64,000 bases of DNA from an uncultured Gammaproteobacteria bacterium (lineage in GTDB: Bacteria > Patescibacteriota > Patescibacteriia > Magasanikbacterales > UBA922). The stretch is taken from NCBI GenBank assembly GCA_964550845.1, contig CAZKAD010000002.1:11377-75376 (forward strand), written 5' to 3'. The stretch's first letter is position 1. Each line of letters opens with the position of its first letter. The notes beneath the pieces are model-generated. The model saw only the letters and a list, made by a program, of their open reading frames with translations, searched no databases and had not been told where the DNA came from. This document shows positions 18,601 through 27,066 of this stretch, piece by piece. The position numbers and the translations under genes are program-made.

Positions 18601-19177
18601 TGAAGATTTTTTGAGCCGGGAAAACCTGACGGCCGACATGCGCATGAGATTGGAGATAAACATCTCTTGTGACATCTGCATGAACCGAGAGAAGATAACT
18701 CATATTTCTCTGTCGACATTGATCTGGTGTCAATGCTGGGGAAAAGAAATAGGCATTACCAAGCTTATAACTGTAGATTTGTTGAGTCTTTGAGTCATAG
18801 ACTTGAATTGGTTTGGTTTGTTGAATCACGTTTCGAACAGTATTTTCAAGGAAGTAATCGTATGATTCAATCTTTGAAAACATGAGTCCTCGATCACGAA
18901 AGAAGAGTTTGATGACTTTCCAAACATCAAGAATATCATTCTCTTGTTTAGGCGATTTTTCAAACTTTTCAATTGTAGGTTCGAGTGAAAGTCCTTCAAA
19001 TTGAAGAGACAGTTCTTTCTCTTCAATTTGATTGTCTTCGAAATCAAATGAATTGCCGTTTTCGCTGTTCATTTCGGGATGTTTTTTCGAGAGTTTTTGC
19101 CTTTTTTCATCAATTTTTTTGCCTATAACTATACCTTGAAAAGTTGTACAAATATCTGTTTTAGGGTTACTACCCAT
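15602..19177 (-). CDS. DNA-directed RNA polymerase second-largest subunit (RPB2)
   Basis: Continuous 1191-aa homologue with GSKFASVHAQKG (Rpb2 GDKFASRHGQKG) and C-terminal CxxC...CxxC zinc ribbon. First ATG is at 19175-19177 (track start is TTG). Confidence 0.95.
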   Translation of the reverse strand: MGSNPKTDICTTFQGIVIGKKIDEKRQKLSKKHPEMNSENGNSFDFEDNQIEEKELSLQFEGLSLEPTIEKFEKSPKQENDILDVWKVIKLFFRDRGLMFSKIESYDYFLENTVRNVIQQTKPIQVYDSKTQQIYSYKLGNAYFFSPALTPDQCRQRNMSYLLSVHADVTRDVYLQSHAHVGRQVFPAQKIFTIPLMLKSKFCHLSGKTEEELAKLGECEYDKGGYYIINGNHRCTIVRERDPYNRDFIRPPPTSFTAMIEVRSVVINNTKPYILSLKVKADKTIVTSVPSFSNDIPIGVFFHTLGFYTGLWKFEEDTTQKMSLMICDDSQDYQVQDCIRQMINTFNAQKRDIYQILIGNINPNVTSDKHQDFLRELFQCLVLAHVPIKLRPFYLAYMIRKVILAFLGRLPKDDRDNFANRKFDTDGPLLEMLFRPLFEKYYNERMVKELNFHPAAYEKFTTDESLSKSIHNAMSTGNWGVPGTGYTAEGICQAMVLKNHMSAISHTRRSSATCSSKSTAVDIRLLHNSQWGITDPSETPEGEKAGIIKNLAILAHITTPVSEQPLVAVLIRMNVDEFDQQMSFENCHQAKVFLNGALIGVSEKPHQLLNKLKKARRDSLFHGEISLSYQEKIKEFHCYTDGGRCMRPLFACENGELLIKSDQEVSGKTWYDLLREGKIVYVDKLEEQTSNLALYPGQVDEKTHYCEIHPCTILGVCCSIVPFLNHNQGPRNIYSASMTKQAVGIWSTMFLTRFETTSYQLHYPQRALISTKMSEYLGYNELPSGINAIVAIMSQGWNVEDSIVMNKASIQRGLFVSTVYKVITEVEELAKKICPVDLLNPIETINRNYNYLKLGPNGIIRKGSTVCKGDVLIRKIEEKEEKGKPKQRHDISVVHRLEEEGFVDDILITTSSEGAKLVKVRLGFIRNPLMGSKFASVHAQKGTLGMIMSEVDLPFCADGKSEGIRPDIIINPHCIPSRMTIGQLIETVCGKASLCTGENYDGSPSFSEDKSYMKNYIDMVGSKLVQHGFQRHGDEMMICGRTGELLPCSIFIGPTYYRALTHFIQDKLSAQSLGPKKFVTGQPVNSGRKNGPDQAAIRFGQMEDDALNSHGAAFALNERMLESSDKYETKVCSVCGTYSQIKKCKCLNAELNPVKIPYPFKLLSEYVRAMGIDLKVETEPIEDPLEDSAMN

Positions 19178-19254
19178 CAAATTTTTTTACCGACAAATCG
19201 ATGCAAATAATTGATAAAAAATTATTTTAAAAAAATCATCCCTCTCGGAAAGAG

Positions 19255-19665
19255 ATGGAAGATCAGTTTCTCAAAATTCCACATATCCGAACAGAAAACA
19301 TTGTTCAGGGCAATATTTATTCGTCTTCTAAACAATTACAAGGAAAAGCAATCTTTTTTGCTATCTACTCAGATAGATGTGGTCATTGTGTAAAGATGAA
19401 GCCGGAATATATTAAATTGGCTCAGGAATTGAATCGGAATGATTCAAAAGTTGTGATCGCAGCACTTAACTCGAACGGTTTGCCAAATGAGCCTGAACAA
19501 AAGGCGGCGCTTGATATGATGATTTCGGTTTTGAAGGCAAATGGAATTGAATTCGGAGGATTTCCTACCTTTATCCTCTTCCGTTCTGGTAAATTTCAAG
19601 AATATAACGGTTCTCGTGATGTAAAAGGATTCAAACAATTTCTCAATCAGTCTAGATTGTTGTAA
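19255..19665 (+). CDS. Thioredoxin-fold protein (PDI-like CGHC active site)
   Basis: SDRCGHCVKMKPEY active site. Palindrome TCTC-GGAAA-GAGA abuts the ATG. Confidence 0.7.
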   Translation: MEDQFLKIPHIRTENIVQGNIYSSSKQLQGKAIFFAIYSDRCGHCVKMKPEYIKLAQELNRNDSKVVIAALNSNGLPNEPEQKAALDMMISVLKANGIEFGGFPTFILFRSGKFQEYNGSRDVKGFKQFLNQSRLL

Positions 19666-19707
19666 AAAAATTGAAACTTCTTTGTTTGGATAATTGAAAA
19701 AATATCC

Positions 19708-21066
19708 ATGAAGAGATACCTCACGAATGAGGAAAAAGAAGACTTCATTCAAAGTCTTCCTGTACCATCATTTTTTAAAGCCGAGATTCGTGCTCATCAC
19801 CTAAAAAAAGTTAGAGATATGTTTTTTCCACAACTTGAAAGAAAAGTGTATCCCGAAACTATCCCTAAAATCAAAGAGACGATATGTAAGATTTATTTTC
19901 GTTCTCTGGCTGAACCTGGTAGTCCAGTTGGTCTTTGGGCGAGTCAGACCATGGAAACTTTGACTCAAAACAATTTGAGTTCTTTTCATACATCAGGTTT
20001 AGAAAAAAATATTTCAGCAGGTCTCTCTCGAATTACTGAATTGTATAACGTCAGTCAATCGCCAAAAATTGTCAGCTTTCATTTCGTTCCTCGGCAAAAG
20101 TTTTCTTCTGTTAAAGAGCTTAAAAAGAATATTCGACTTCCATCAGTCTTTTTTCGAGATCTAATTCGAAGACCTGTGATTCAAAAGCAGAAACCGGAAG
20201 CTTGGGAACATCAATTTGCATTTTTGTTTGAACAACCGATTCAAACTGAAGAATGGAGTGCAACCTTTTATCTTGATACCATTTTAATGATCAAAAACGG
20301 ATTGTCTCTGGAATATATTGTAAATAAAATTGCTTCTCAAATTGGATCTCTCCAATTTCGATTTCGCCCTCATGTTAACCCCCCAGTCTTGAAAGTCATT
20401 GTTGATACAAGTAATCTCGAGACAAATGCACAGTTTAGCTTAGGAAAATCGGTTGAAGAAGAATATATTTACAAGATCGTATTAGCAAATTTAGAAAAGA
20501 TTCATATCTCCGGAGTTCCTGGCGTTGAAGCTGCATATTTCAAAGAAACGAATGGTGAATGGTCATATGAAGGTAATGGAGGATCTTTGATTTCACTCTT
20601 ATCACATCAAGATGCAGATCCCTATCAAACGAAAAACGATAATATGTGGGACATTTTCGATTGTCTCGGAGTTGAGGCAACAACACAATTTTTAGTTGAA
20701 GAATTGACACGAGTAATGTGTGAAAACGATTCTTTTATTCACCCTGCACATATTTCATTGATTGCAAGAAATATTACACAAGATGGATATCCAATGGCAA
20801 TTAATCGTCATGGTATGACGCTTGAAAGATATCAACCGTTGTCGAAGATTTCATTTGAGGAATTTATCAAAAACTTGGTACAATCTGTCTATCAATCTGA
20901 AGTTGATCGTACAGCAACGATTGATGCTTGTGTCATGACAGGTAAAATTCCTCCAGTTGGAACAGGTATGTCAAAGATATACGTTGATGTTGGTAAACTT
21001 GAGAAAGAAATTCAAATAAATAAGGTTGTAAGTTCATCCGAGTCTCAACAATTAATGTACTTCTAA
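19708..21066 (+). CDS. RNA polymerase largest subunit, C-terminal half, encoded as a stand-alone gene
   Basis: Trigger-loop-like AEPGSPVGLWASQTMETLTQNNLSSFHTSG, DCLGVEATTQFLVEELTRVM (GIEAAR region), AINRHGMT, and C-terminal GKIPPVGTGMSKIY. AAAATTGA at 19667-19674 (-34). Confidence 0.85.
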   Translation: MKRYLTNEEKEDFIQSLPVPSFFKAEIRAHHLKKVRDMFFPQLERKVYPETIPKIKETICKIYFRSLAEPGSPVGLWASQTMETLTQNNLSSFHTSGLEKNISAGLSRITELYNVSQSPKIVSFHFVPRQKFSSVKELKKNIRLPSVFFRDLIRRPVIQKQKPEAWEHQFAFLFEQPIQTEEWSATFYLDTILMIKNGLSLEYIVNKIASQIGSLQFRFRPHVNPPVLKVIVDTSNLETNAQFSLGKSVEEEYIYKIVLANLEKIHISGVPGVEAAYFKETNGEWSYEGNGGSLISLLSHQDADPYQTKNDNMWDIFDCLGVEATTQFLVEELTRVMCENDSFIHPAHISLIARNITQDGYPMAINRHGMTLERYQPLSKISFEEFIKNLVQSVYQSEVDRTATIDACVMTGKIPPVGTGMSKIYVDVGKLEKEIQINKVVSSSESQQLMYF

Positions 21067-21246
21067 CCAGTCTTAAAGAGACGTTTAAAACATTGAAAAT
21101 TATCTCTCTTTTCGAAGAGAGATAATAAATTTGACCTGGATATAAAGATTATTCAATAAAATTATTGTGTAAATGTATTTGTTGCGGGAAATATTTAGGG
21201 GCAAAATCATGATGATTTGTATTTAAAAATAATTGTTATTTTAAAA

Positions 21247-21918
21247 ATGGCCGAAGAGAAAATAAATATAATGAATATAACAAAAGGTCTCCATTTTGAC
21301 GAAGGCTATATCAACTGGCAATTAAATAGGGTACTTTTTCTCATTAATTTAATGGGACGTGATTTCTTTCAGGGAAAGAAAATGCTCGAGCTCGGATCTT
21401 ATCAAGGTGGAATTACTCAAATGTTTCATAATTTAGGAGCGAATATAACTGGTGTAGAGGGATCAAAGAAAAATTTGGAGTTTGCTAGAACTAAATATCC
21501 GCATCTGACATTTATCGAAGGAGATTGTGATGATACAACTTGGAGATATGACGAAAAATATGATATCATTATTCATTGGGGATTATTGTATCATCTTAAA
21601 ACTCCCAAAGAATCGATATTGAATTGTATAGCCCATTGTGATATTTTATGTTTAAAGACTCTTGTTATTGATAAAACTATTCAAGAAGTTAATTTTGTTA
21701 ATGAAGACAATGTTCATAAGCCGGATCAGGCACTGAACGGTACGGGATCTCGTCCCACAGCATCCTATATCGAACAAATATTGACAGATTCTGGAACTAT
21801 GTGGACACGTTATGATAATACAGAACTTAATTCCAAATATCAACCTTGTTATTCAGCTGCTGACAAAAATACCGGTGGTACATATAGACGCTTTTGGGTA
21901 GTACACACACGTAAGTAA
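21247..21918 (+). CDS. Class I SAM-dependent methyltransferase (substrate unknown)
   Basis: Motif I LELGSYQGG, acidic end of beta-2 (GVEGS), motif II FIEGDCDD, motif III DIIIHWGLLYHL. Start set at first ATG (TTTAAAAATGG); track start is TTG. Confidence 0.6.
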   Translation: MAEEKINIMNITKGLHFDEGYINWQLNRVLFLINLMGRDFFQGKKMLELGSYQGGITQMFHNLGANITGVEGSKKNLEFARTKYPHLTFIEGDCDDTTWRYDEKYDIIIHWGLLYHLKTPKESILNCIAHCDILCLKTLVIDKTIQEVNFVNEDNVHKPDQALNGTGSRPTASYIEQILTDSGTMWTRYDNTELNSKYQPCYSAADKNTGGTYRRFWVVHTRK

Positions 21919-21975
21919 CAATCCAAAGGGATGTTTAACCGCTTTGACTGATATAATAATCTCGAAAAAATGATC

Positions 21976-21995
21976 TATCTCTCTTCGAAAAGAGA
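21976..21995 (+). promoter_or_regulatory. Perfect palindrome TCTCTCTT-CGAA-AAGAGAGA 4 nt upstream of ATG 22002
   Basis: Direct reading. Confidence 0.5.
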
Positions 21996-22001
21996 GATAA
22001 A

Positions 22002-22613
22002 ATGAACTTTTTCGAGATTATTACACAAATGGATAAATATCTCCCTCAAACGATTAATCGTGTTCAACAAATCATCGAAGTTGCTAACGCTAAAACATTA
22101 GAGATCAAAAGTAAACCAGAAGTAAAGAAAATTATTTTTGCTGTTGAACATTCAATTGAGTTTGTTAAAGAATTGCTTGAAGAAAAGACCACGAAAAGAA
22201 TAAGAAGGAAACAACATCAAGCTTTACTCGAAAAAATTCGATCTAGCAATGATGATACTTGTTTGGAAATGGCCGATCGCCGAAGATCAATTCAAGCCGT
22301 TCTTCTTGCTCTTCGTTATGGAAGATACATTTCATCACTCGAAGCAATTCAGATTGCAATTAAGTATGGGCAATTTACTTTTTGTAAACTCGAACTTGAA
22401 ATGTGGGCAGAAATTCCTTCCATTCCTGTAGATTATTACTACAAAGCAGTTGAACATGCAATTTACTTTTCCAGATATCGTTTACTCCGCCTTTTATTCA
22501 CTCAACATTGTCTCGATTTTGAACATTTGTTTCAACATGCAAGACGATATTATCAAAAGTTACATCGGTCTGGACACCATTGTCACAGAAAAATTCAGAA
22601 TTATTTGAGATGA
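22002..22613 (+). CDS. Hypothetical protein
   Basis: Perfect palindrome ATCTCTCTTCGAAAAGAGAGAT 4 nt upstream of the ATG. Confidence 0.45.
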   Translation: MNFFEIITQMDKYLPQTINRVQQIIEVANAKTLEIKSKPEVKKIIFAVEHSIEFVKELLEEKTTKRIRRKQHQALLEKIRSSNDDTCLEMADRRRSIQAVLLALRYGRYISSLEAIQIAIKYGQFTFCKLELEMWAEIPSIPVDYYYKAVEHAIYFSRYRLLRLLFTQHCLDFEHLFQHARRYYQKLHRSGHHCHRKIQNYLR

Positions 22614-22875
22614 GCCGAGAGAGATATCTCCATCGAAGAATGTAAATAATCATATTTTGACACAAGGCAATTGAAGAAGAAACAATCCATACCCAATCAT
22701 TTTCGATTATTCCATAAGCAATTGATACGAGGTAACTTGAAGACTGAATGTTTAACATTTTGACTGAAATATCTCGAACTTTCTTAGTTCGAATCATTTT
22801 GAATATTTGAGGCAATCGATAAGTTAAACTCAGGATATTATACAAAATACCAAGAATCAAACTGGGAACTTCCAT
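22498..22875 (-). CDS. PQ-loop membrane protein (semiSWEET/MtN3-like, about 3 TM)
   Basis: LPQIFKMIRTKKVRDISVKMLNIQSSSYLVSIAYG matches the PQ-loop consensus. Convergently overlaps 22002-22613 by ~115 nt. Confidence 0.45.
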   Translation of the reverse strand: MEVPSLILGILYNILSLTYRLPQIFKMIRTKKVRDISVKMLNIQSSSYLVSIAYGIIENDWVWIVSSSIALCQNMIIYILRWRYLSRLISNNSEFFCDNGVQTDVTFDNIVLHVETNVQNRDNVE

Positions 22876-22943
22876 TCGAAAGAGAAAGAGCAATGAAAAT
22901 TGAGTTTTTTGTTTGATTCTTTTTGAACAGTTCAATTTTAACG

Positions 22944-23678
22944 ATGGAATCTTGGGTCGAAGAAACAGTTCGTAATTTCTCAGTTAATCTCCACACCGTT
23001 GAACGGGAAATGGGGAAAAAGTACGAAATTCCATCTGAATTTCGGTCAATAAATATTGATCAACACGAAGAGCAAGATCGACAAGAGCAAGAAGAAAGTG
23101 ATCAAGAATCGAAAATGTCTGGAGAATCAGACCAAGATAATATTTTTAAACCTGGAGTTCAACTTTCCGCGAAATCTGATCAAAAAATCACCTTTCGCCA
23201 AAAGATGAAATATATGATTCGATTTGCAATTCAAAACCACACTTTGCTACCAGCTTTCCAGTATGAAGGTATTTCATACAAATACTCTCCGAAATTAATT
23301 GAGCGTGTGGTTGAATTTTTCAGTCGCGAAGAACAGTCTCGAGAAGAAGCGAATTTCTTTCGAAAGGAAATTTTAAGAGACTTTAATCTCACACTTAGTC
23401 CAAAGTTGATGAGAGAACTTTACAATCAGGCAGATCTTCGTAATGTCGATCATATGACCAAAGCTGAACTTCGACAATTTTTTGATTATGTGATCGAGCA
23501 TCCATATGAAGATATTGGTCAAGTAGCAAAAAGATTCAACTACACAAGAGAAAAAACGAAACGAATTTGGAGAAGATATATTTACATCTTTATTTGCAAA
23601 GGTCGTCCTCGCATTCGACCTGAAGACTTTGATTTGATTCGACTTGATTTGCTTCAACTCGGACCAAAACGGAGATAA
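22944..23678 (+). CDS. Hypothetical acidic protein
   Basis: Start moved to the first ATG (MESWVEE). N-terminal Glu/Asp/Gln-rich stretch. Confidence 0.5.
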   Translation: MESWVEETVRNFSVNLHTVEREMGKKYEIPSEFRSINIDQHEEQDRQEQEESDQESKMSGESDQDNIFKPGVQLSAKSDQKITFRQKMKYMIRFAIQNHTLLPAFQYEGISYKYSPKLIERVVEFFSREEQSREEANFFRKEILRDFNLTLSPKLMRELYNQADLRNVDHMTKAELRQFFDYVIEHPYEDIGQVAKRFNYTREKTKRIWRRYIYIFICKGRPRIRPEDFDLIRLDLLQLGPKRR

Positions 23679-23756
23679 TTTCCATCAATTGAAATGCGAA
23701 AAATGAATTATTTTTTGTATTCTTTTCGAAGAATTACAAATTGTTAAAAAGACGGG

Positions 23757-23924
23757 ATGCCATACGATCAATTTACTCAAGTATTGAAAGTTTTGATGCG
23801 GATGCATTCACCTTTGTTTCCTTGTGTAACCGCGAAGAGACTTATGATTCGAACTTCAAAACCATTGTTGAGAAGATGGACTATTCGTCGAGGTTATCGA
23901 CATCGAGTGAGTAAAGAAAAGAAA
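23757..23924 (+). CDS. Candidate small basic (Arg/Lys-rich) protein, 55 aa, below the ORF-track cutoff
   Basis: ATG about 30 nt downstream of palindrome ATTCTT-TTCG-AAGAAT. Product MPYDQFTQVLKVLMRMHSPLFPCVTAKRLMIRTSKPLLRRWTIRRGYRHRVSKEKK is strongly basic. Sits in an otherwise unexplained 275-nt gap. Confidence 0.3.
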
Positions 23925-23953
23925 TAACCTTTCGAGGTGATTTCACGATTTCA

Positions 23954-24505
23954 TTACAATGGAGAATTTGCAGCGCAAAGTTCAGACAATTTTCGAAACG
24001 CTTTTAACTGGAGATATGAATCGGCCAGATCGTCATTCTTCTTTCCGGAGAGTTTTTTGCAACCGTCATGATCTTTTTGTTCGACAAAGATTGAAAGAGC
24101 TTTAGTAATTGCCCAATTTTTTCGATCAGCTTTTTTCGGCATTTTCGGAGCCTTAAGTACACGTGTTTTGTTTGCGGCTGAAAAAAGATCGATATGTTTA
24201 AATGGTCCAAAATGATATTTGAAGAAGCCAAACAGACAACCTTGAATTAATTGGGCCTTCGGATTCAAGTTAAGTTGTCGTTCAATAATAATTGCTGAAC
24301 AAGACTGCCAAATTGCAAAATGTTGAAGAAGAAACTGAAATAATTGAGTATATCTTTCACCATGCCCATCAAAATCAATCACTTCCCAAAGTATTCGCTT
24401 GCCATTGTAGAGCAAATCATTTGGAGAGAATTCTTCGACATAAAAAGCACAATTTCGAAATCCGGGGTCAATGCTACAGATTCGAATTTTGTCGGTTGAA
24501 TTCAT
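23954..24505 (-). CDS. RuvC-like Holliday junction resolvase (poxvirus A22 family)
   Basis: N-terminal ICSIDPGFRNCAFYV (catalytic Asp in DPG context), 183 aa. Confidence 0.6.
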   Translation of the reverse strand: MNSTDKIRICSIDPGFRNCAFYVEEFSPNDLLYNGKRILWEVIDFDGHGERYTQLFQFLLQHFAIWQSCSAIIIERQLNLNPKAQLIQGCLFGFFKYHFGPFKHIDLFSAANKTRVLKAPKMPKKADRKNWAITKALSIFVEQKDHDGCKKLSGKKNDDLADSYLQLKAFRKLSELCAANSPL

Positions 24506-24604
24506 TTCTTTATATGGATGGACTTTAATTAAATAATTAAGAGAGAAATTTTCGTATTAAACATCAAAATAATTCGCCAAAGATTGGTTTTAGAGAAGAA
24601 TAAA

Positions 24605-24838
24605 ATGGGGAACTCATCAACATACAAAATTATTCAATTGCCGAAAGATAAGTATTTCGATTATGCAGCTGGGATTATTGATCTTAATCGTGATCTTAAT
24701 GTAATCTATGTTTATTGTGAACATTTCTTTACACTTACACAACAAAGAGATGATAAAATTTTATCTTTTAAGATACATACAAAACCACCAAAAACTGTCA
24801 ATATTAGAAATTTTCCCGGAGTCTATTGGCTCCGTTAA
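24605..24838 (+). CDS. Small hypothetical protein with N-myristoylation-type N-terminus
   Basis: Start moved to ATAAAATGGGG. N-terminus MGNSSTYK fits the MGxxxS/T motif. Confidence 0.3.
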   Translation: MGNSSTYKIIQLPKDKYFDYAAGIIDLNRDLNVIYVYCEHFFTLTQQRDDKILSFKIHTKPPKTVNIRNFPGVYWLR

Positions 24839-25005
24839 AAAGTAATCAAGGCTATCAAAAAGTAAACTTTTATTATTGGTCTTAGTTTTAATCTCAGTTT
24901 CAAAATAGACGTTTAACTACTAATATACAAAATTGATTTTTTCTGTCTTTGTTATGAGAGATTTAACAAAAAATCAAAAGTTGATTATTTGGATCAGGAT
25001 TTGTA

Positions 25006-25497
25006 ATGTTTGGTTCGAATTCAGTTTTGAATAATTCTCTAAATATTCACGCGAAAGCTAGTCGAGCTTATAAGTCTAAGTCTAAAAATTATACTTCTCG
25101 CCGGTGTTCATTGCTGGAAGCGAAAAAAGAATATCTCGAAGAGATCTACGATGATATTCTCGAACAAAATTTAGTTTCGCAGCAAATTATAGAACAAGAA
25201 GAACAAATTATTCGTCGATTAATTCTTGACGATGTCGGTGAAAAATTGATGCCTCGTGTAGGAGCTTGTTCAATTCAGAGGAAAGGAATGCATCTCGGAG
25301 AAATAGTTATTACTCTTGATCCTTTCGACAAAATTTTCCTCGAAATGAAACATGTCGAGAAAATTGTCGACAAACTTCGACAAAAATATATTGCCAATTG
25401 GGCTCAAGAAAAGAAGATATCATTTGGATATGGAGTTCACGCCGTAACCGATGGCAAGATTTCTTTTACTGCATCGTTGCATTGTTATACTGATTAA
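25006..25497 (+). CDS. Hypothetical protein
   Basis: AAAATTGA at 24929-24936 (-70). A 10-bp-stem palindrome follows the stop. Confidence 0.45.
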   Translation: MFGSNSVLNNSLNIHAKASRAYKSKSKNYTSRRCSLLEAKKEYLEEIYDDILEQNLVSQQIIEQEEQIIRRLILDDVGEKLMPRVGACSIQRKGMHLGEIVITLDPFDKIFLEMKHVEKIVDKLRQKYIANWAQEKKISFGYGVHAVTDGKISFTASLHCYTD

Positions 25498-25525
25498 TAA
25501 ATCTCTCGAGATTTATTATAACTTT

Positions 25526-26299
25526 TTAACAGCATCCAAAAAATCTCTTCCACCAACTTGTTGAAACTGGCGGATCTTCATTCCAGGCCGAATGAAACGC
25601 TGGAAAATTTGAGTGATCAGGCCAGCCGAGATGAACCTTTATTTTTTGCCATTCCGGAATTTCCTCTTCAATCTGAATAATTCGGGGAATCCACAATTGT
25701 CCTTTTTCGGTATAGTCATTCACCGTTCCAAAATAACGGAACCATGTTTTAGCATGAGGATACAACGCATGCGAATTCCAGGCTACATAAATCACCGGAG
25801 ATTCATCTTGATATTCAATATCTTCACCGTTCAGCCACAAACCATCCTTTGAGCCATGAGCTCCGAAGTAAACTTTACTAATTTTATACGTCGTTGGATC
25901 AAGAAGAAAAGTAACTCGTTCAAGATCGCCTTGATGAGCTCCAGCGGAAATACATCCGCAACTCGGGGTTCCACATACATTCAAATTTCCATTAAATGGG
26001 AATATCAGAAAGAAAACAACTCGAATAAATTGTGGATCTCGGCGATCGACTCGTGCATAAACTGGAGCATCAAGAGATCCTTCAAGTTCGGTGTGTTTAA
26101 GTGAATAACCATTTGAATAACGAAGTAATCTTTGAACTGGCTCTTTCTCTTCTTGAAGAGATAATACTTTTTCGGTTGGAGTCCAAACCTCGGCACTTTG
26201 AATCATCTTTTCAACCTCTTGTGGAAAGAACGCTTCTTTCCGATGAAACCAAAAGATTGGCCGAATTGAATTTAGCAAATCGGAATCTGATAACTCCAT
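25526..26299 (-). CDS. Hypothetical protein, possibly Vps62/DUF946-like
   Basis: AHQGDLERVTFLL resembles the H-x-GDWEHVT core of DUF946. AHGSKDGLW and WNSHALYPHA follow. Weak assignment. Confidence 0.4.
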   Translation of the reverse strand: MELSDSDLLNSIRPIFWFHRKEAFFPQEVEKMIQSAEVWTPTEKVLSLQEEKEPVQRLLRYSNGYSLKHTELEGSLDAPVYARVDRRDPQFIRVVFFLIFPFNGNLNVCGTPSCGCISAGAHQGDLERVTFLLDPTTYKISKVYFGAHGSKDGLWLNGEDIEYQDESPVIYVAWNSHALYPHAKTWFRYFGTVNDYTEKGQLWIPRIIQIEEEIPEWQKIKVHLGWPDHSNFPAFHSAWNEDPPVSTSWWKRFFGCC

Positions 26300-26381
26300 C
26301 CCTTTGGGTATTTTATTTACTCAAAATTTGTTTAATTGGTTCCCTTTTGGATGGTAAAAATAACTTTCCTCGAGAGGAGAG

Positions 26382-26969
26382 TTAATTCTTCGCAGCGGTA
26401 GCAGTAGCAGTGTAGTGATCTTCAATGTCGGATAAAATCAGATTGATCAAAGTCAATCCTTCAATTTCTCTTTGTCCTCCATATTCTGGATACTGAAAAT
26501 GTCCCGCTGATCGTATGATTTGTTCATAAGAAGCAAACATTGGAAATCGAACATTCGTAACAATGGAGATTCGAATTTTAAGATCATTATCCAGAATGGC
26601 GTTAGCCAAATCTTTTTCAGTTGAGACTTCATTCTCGACATATTTTTGATATGCTTGAGCTTCTTCTTTGAAAGTGAGAAAATTGACGTTCACATTCGAT
26701 GCTTTGAACCAACGATACATTACATGATCGAAAAGGTTATAAGTTTCGTGATCATCATTGTCGTCGTCATTACGATCTCTCGTCTCAATCTGAAGTTGCT
26801 TTGTCTTTTTGGCGCACAATGCAAACCGAGATAAAACGACGTCAAATATTTCCTTATTGATGATGAGGTCTGGTACAACTGTCGGTTCACCATCATTGTC
26901 AACCACAATTTTACCCAATCGATCTTTTCCTTCAAGGAAGTAAAGAGAAATTTTAGTCATCTTACTCAT
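26382..26969 (-). CDS. Hypothetical protein
   Basis: Clean ATG start. No motifs recognised. Confidence 0.5.
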   Translation of the reverse strand: MSKMTKISLYFLEGKDRLGKIVVDNDGEPTVVPDLIINKEIFDVVLSRFALCAKKTKQLQIETRDRNDDDNDDHETYNLFDHVMYRWFKASNVNVNFLTFKEEAQAYQKYVENEVSTEKDLANAILDNDLKIRISIVTNVRFPMFASYEQIIRSAGHFQYPEYGGQREIEGLTLINLILSDIEDHYTATATAAKN

Positions 26970-27066
26970 CTCTTATTGTTGTGTGATCACTTGAATCTTT
27001 AATCATGAGAGAATTCCTCATCTAAAAAATCAGTTTTCGGATCGAATGGGGTAAATTGTTTGCTTC

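Noticed and set aside
12256-19177. Inteins or introns interrupting D5 or RPB2
   Set aside because: Both ORFs are continuous, with conserved motifs in the expected order and lengths typical of orthologues.
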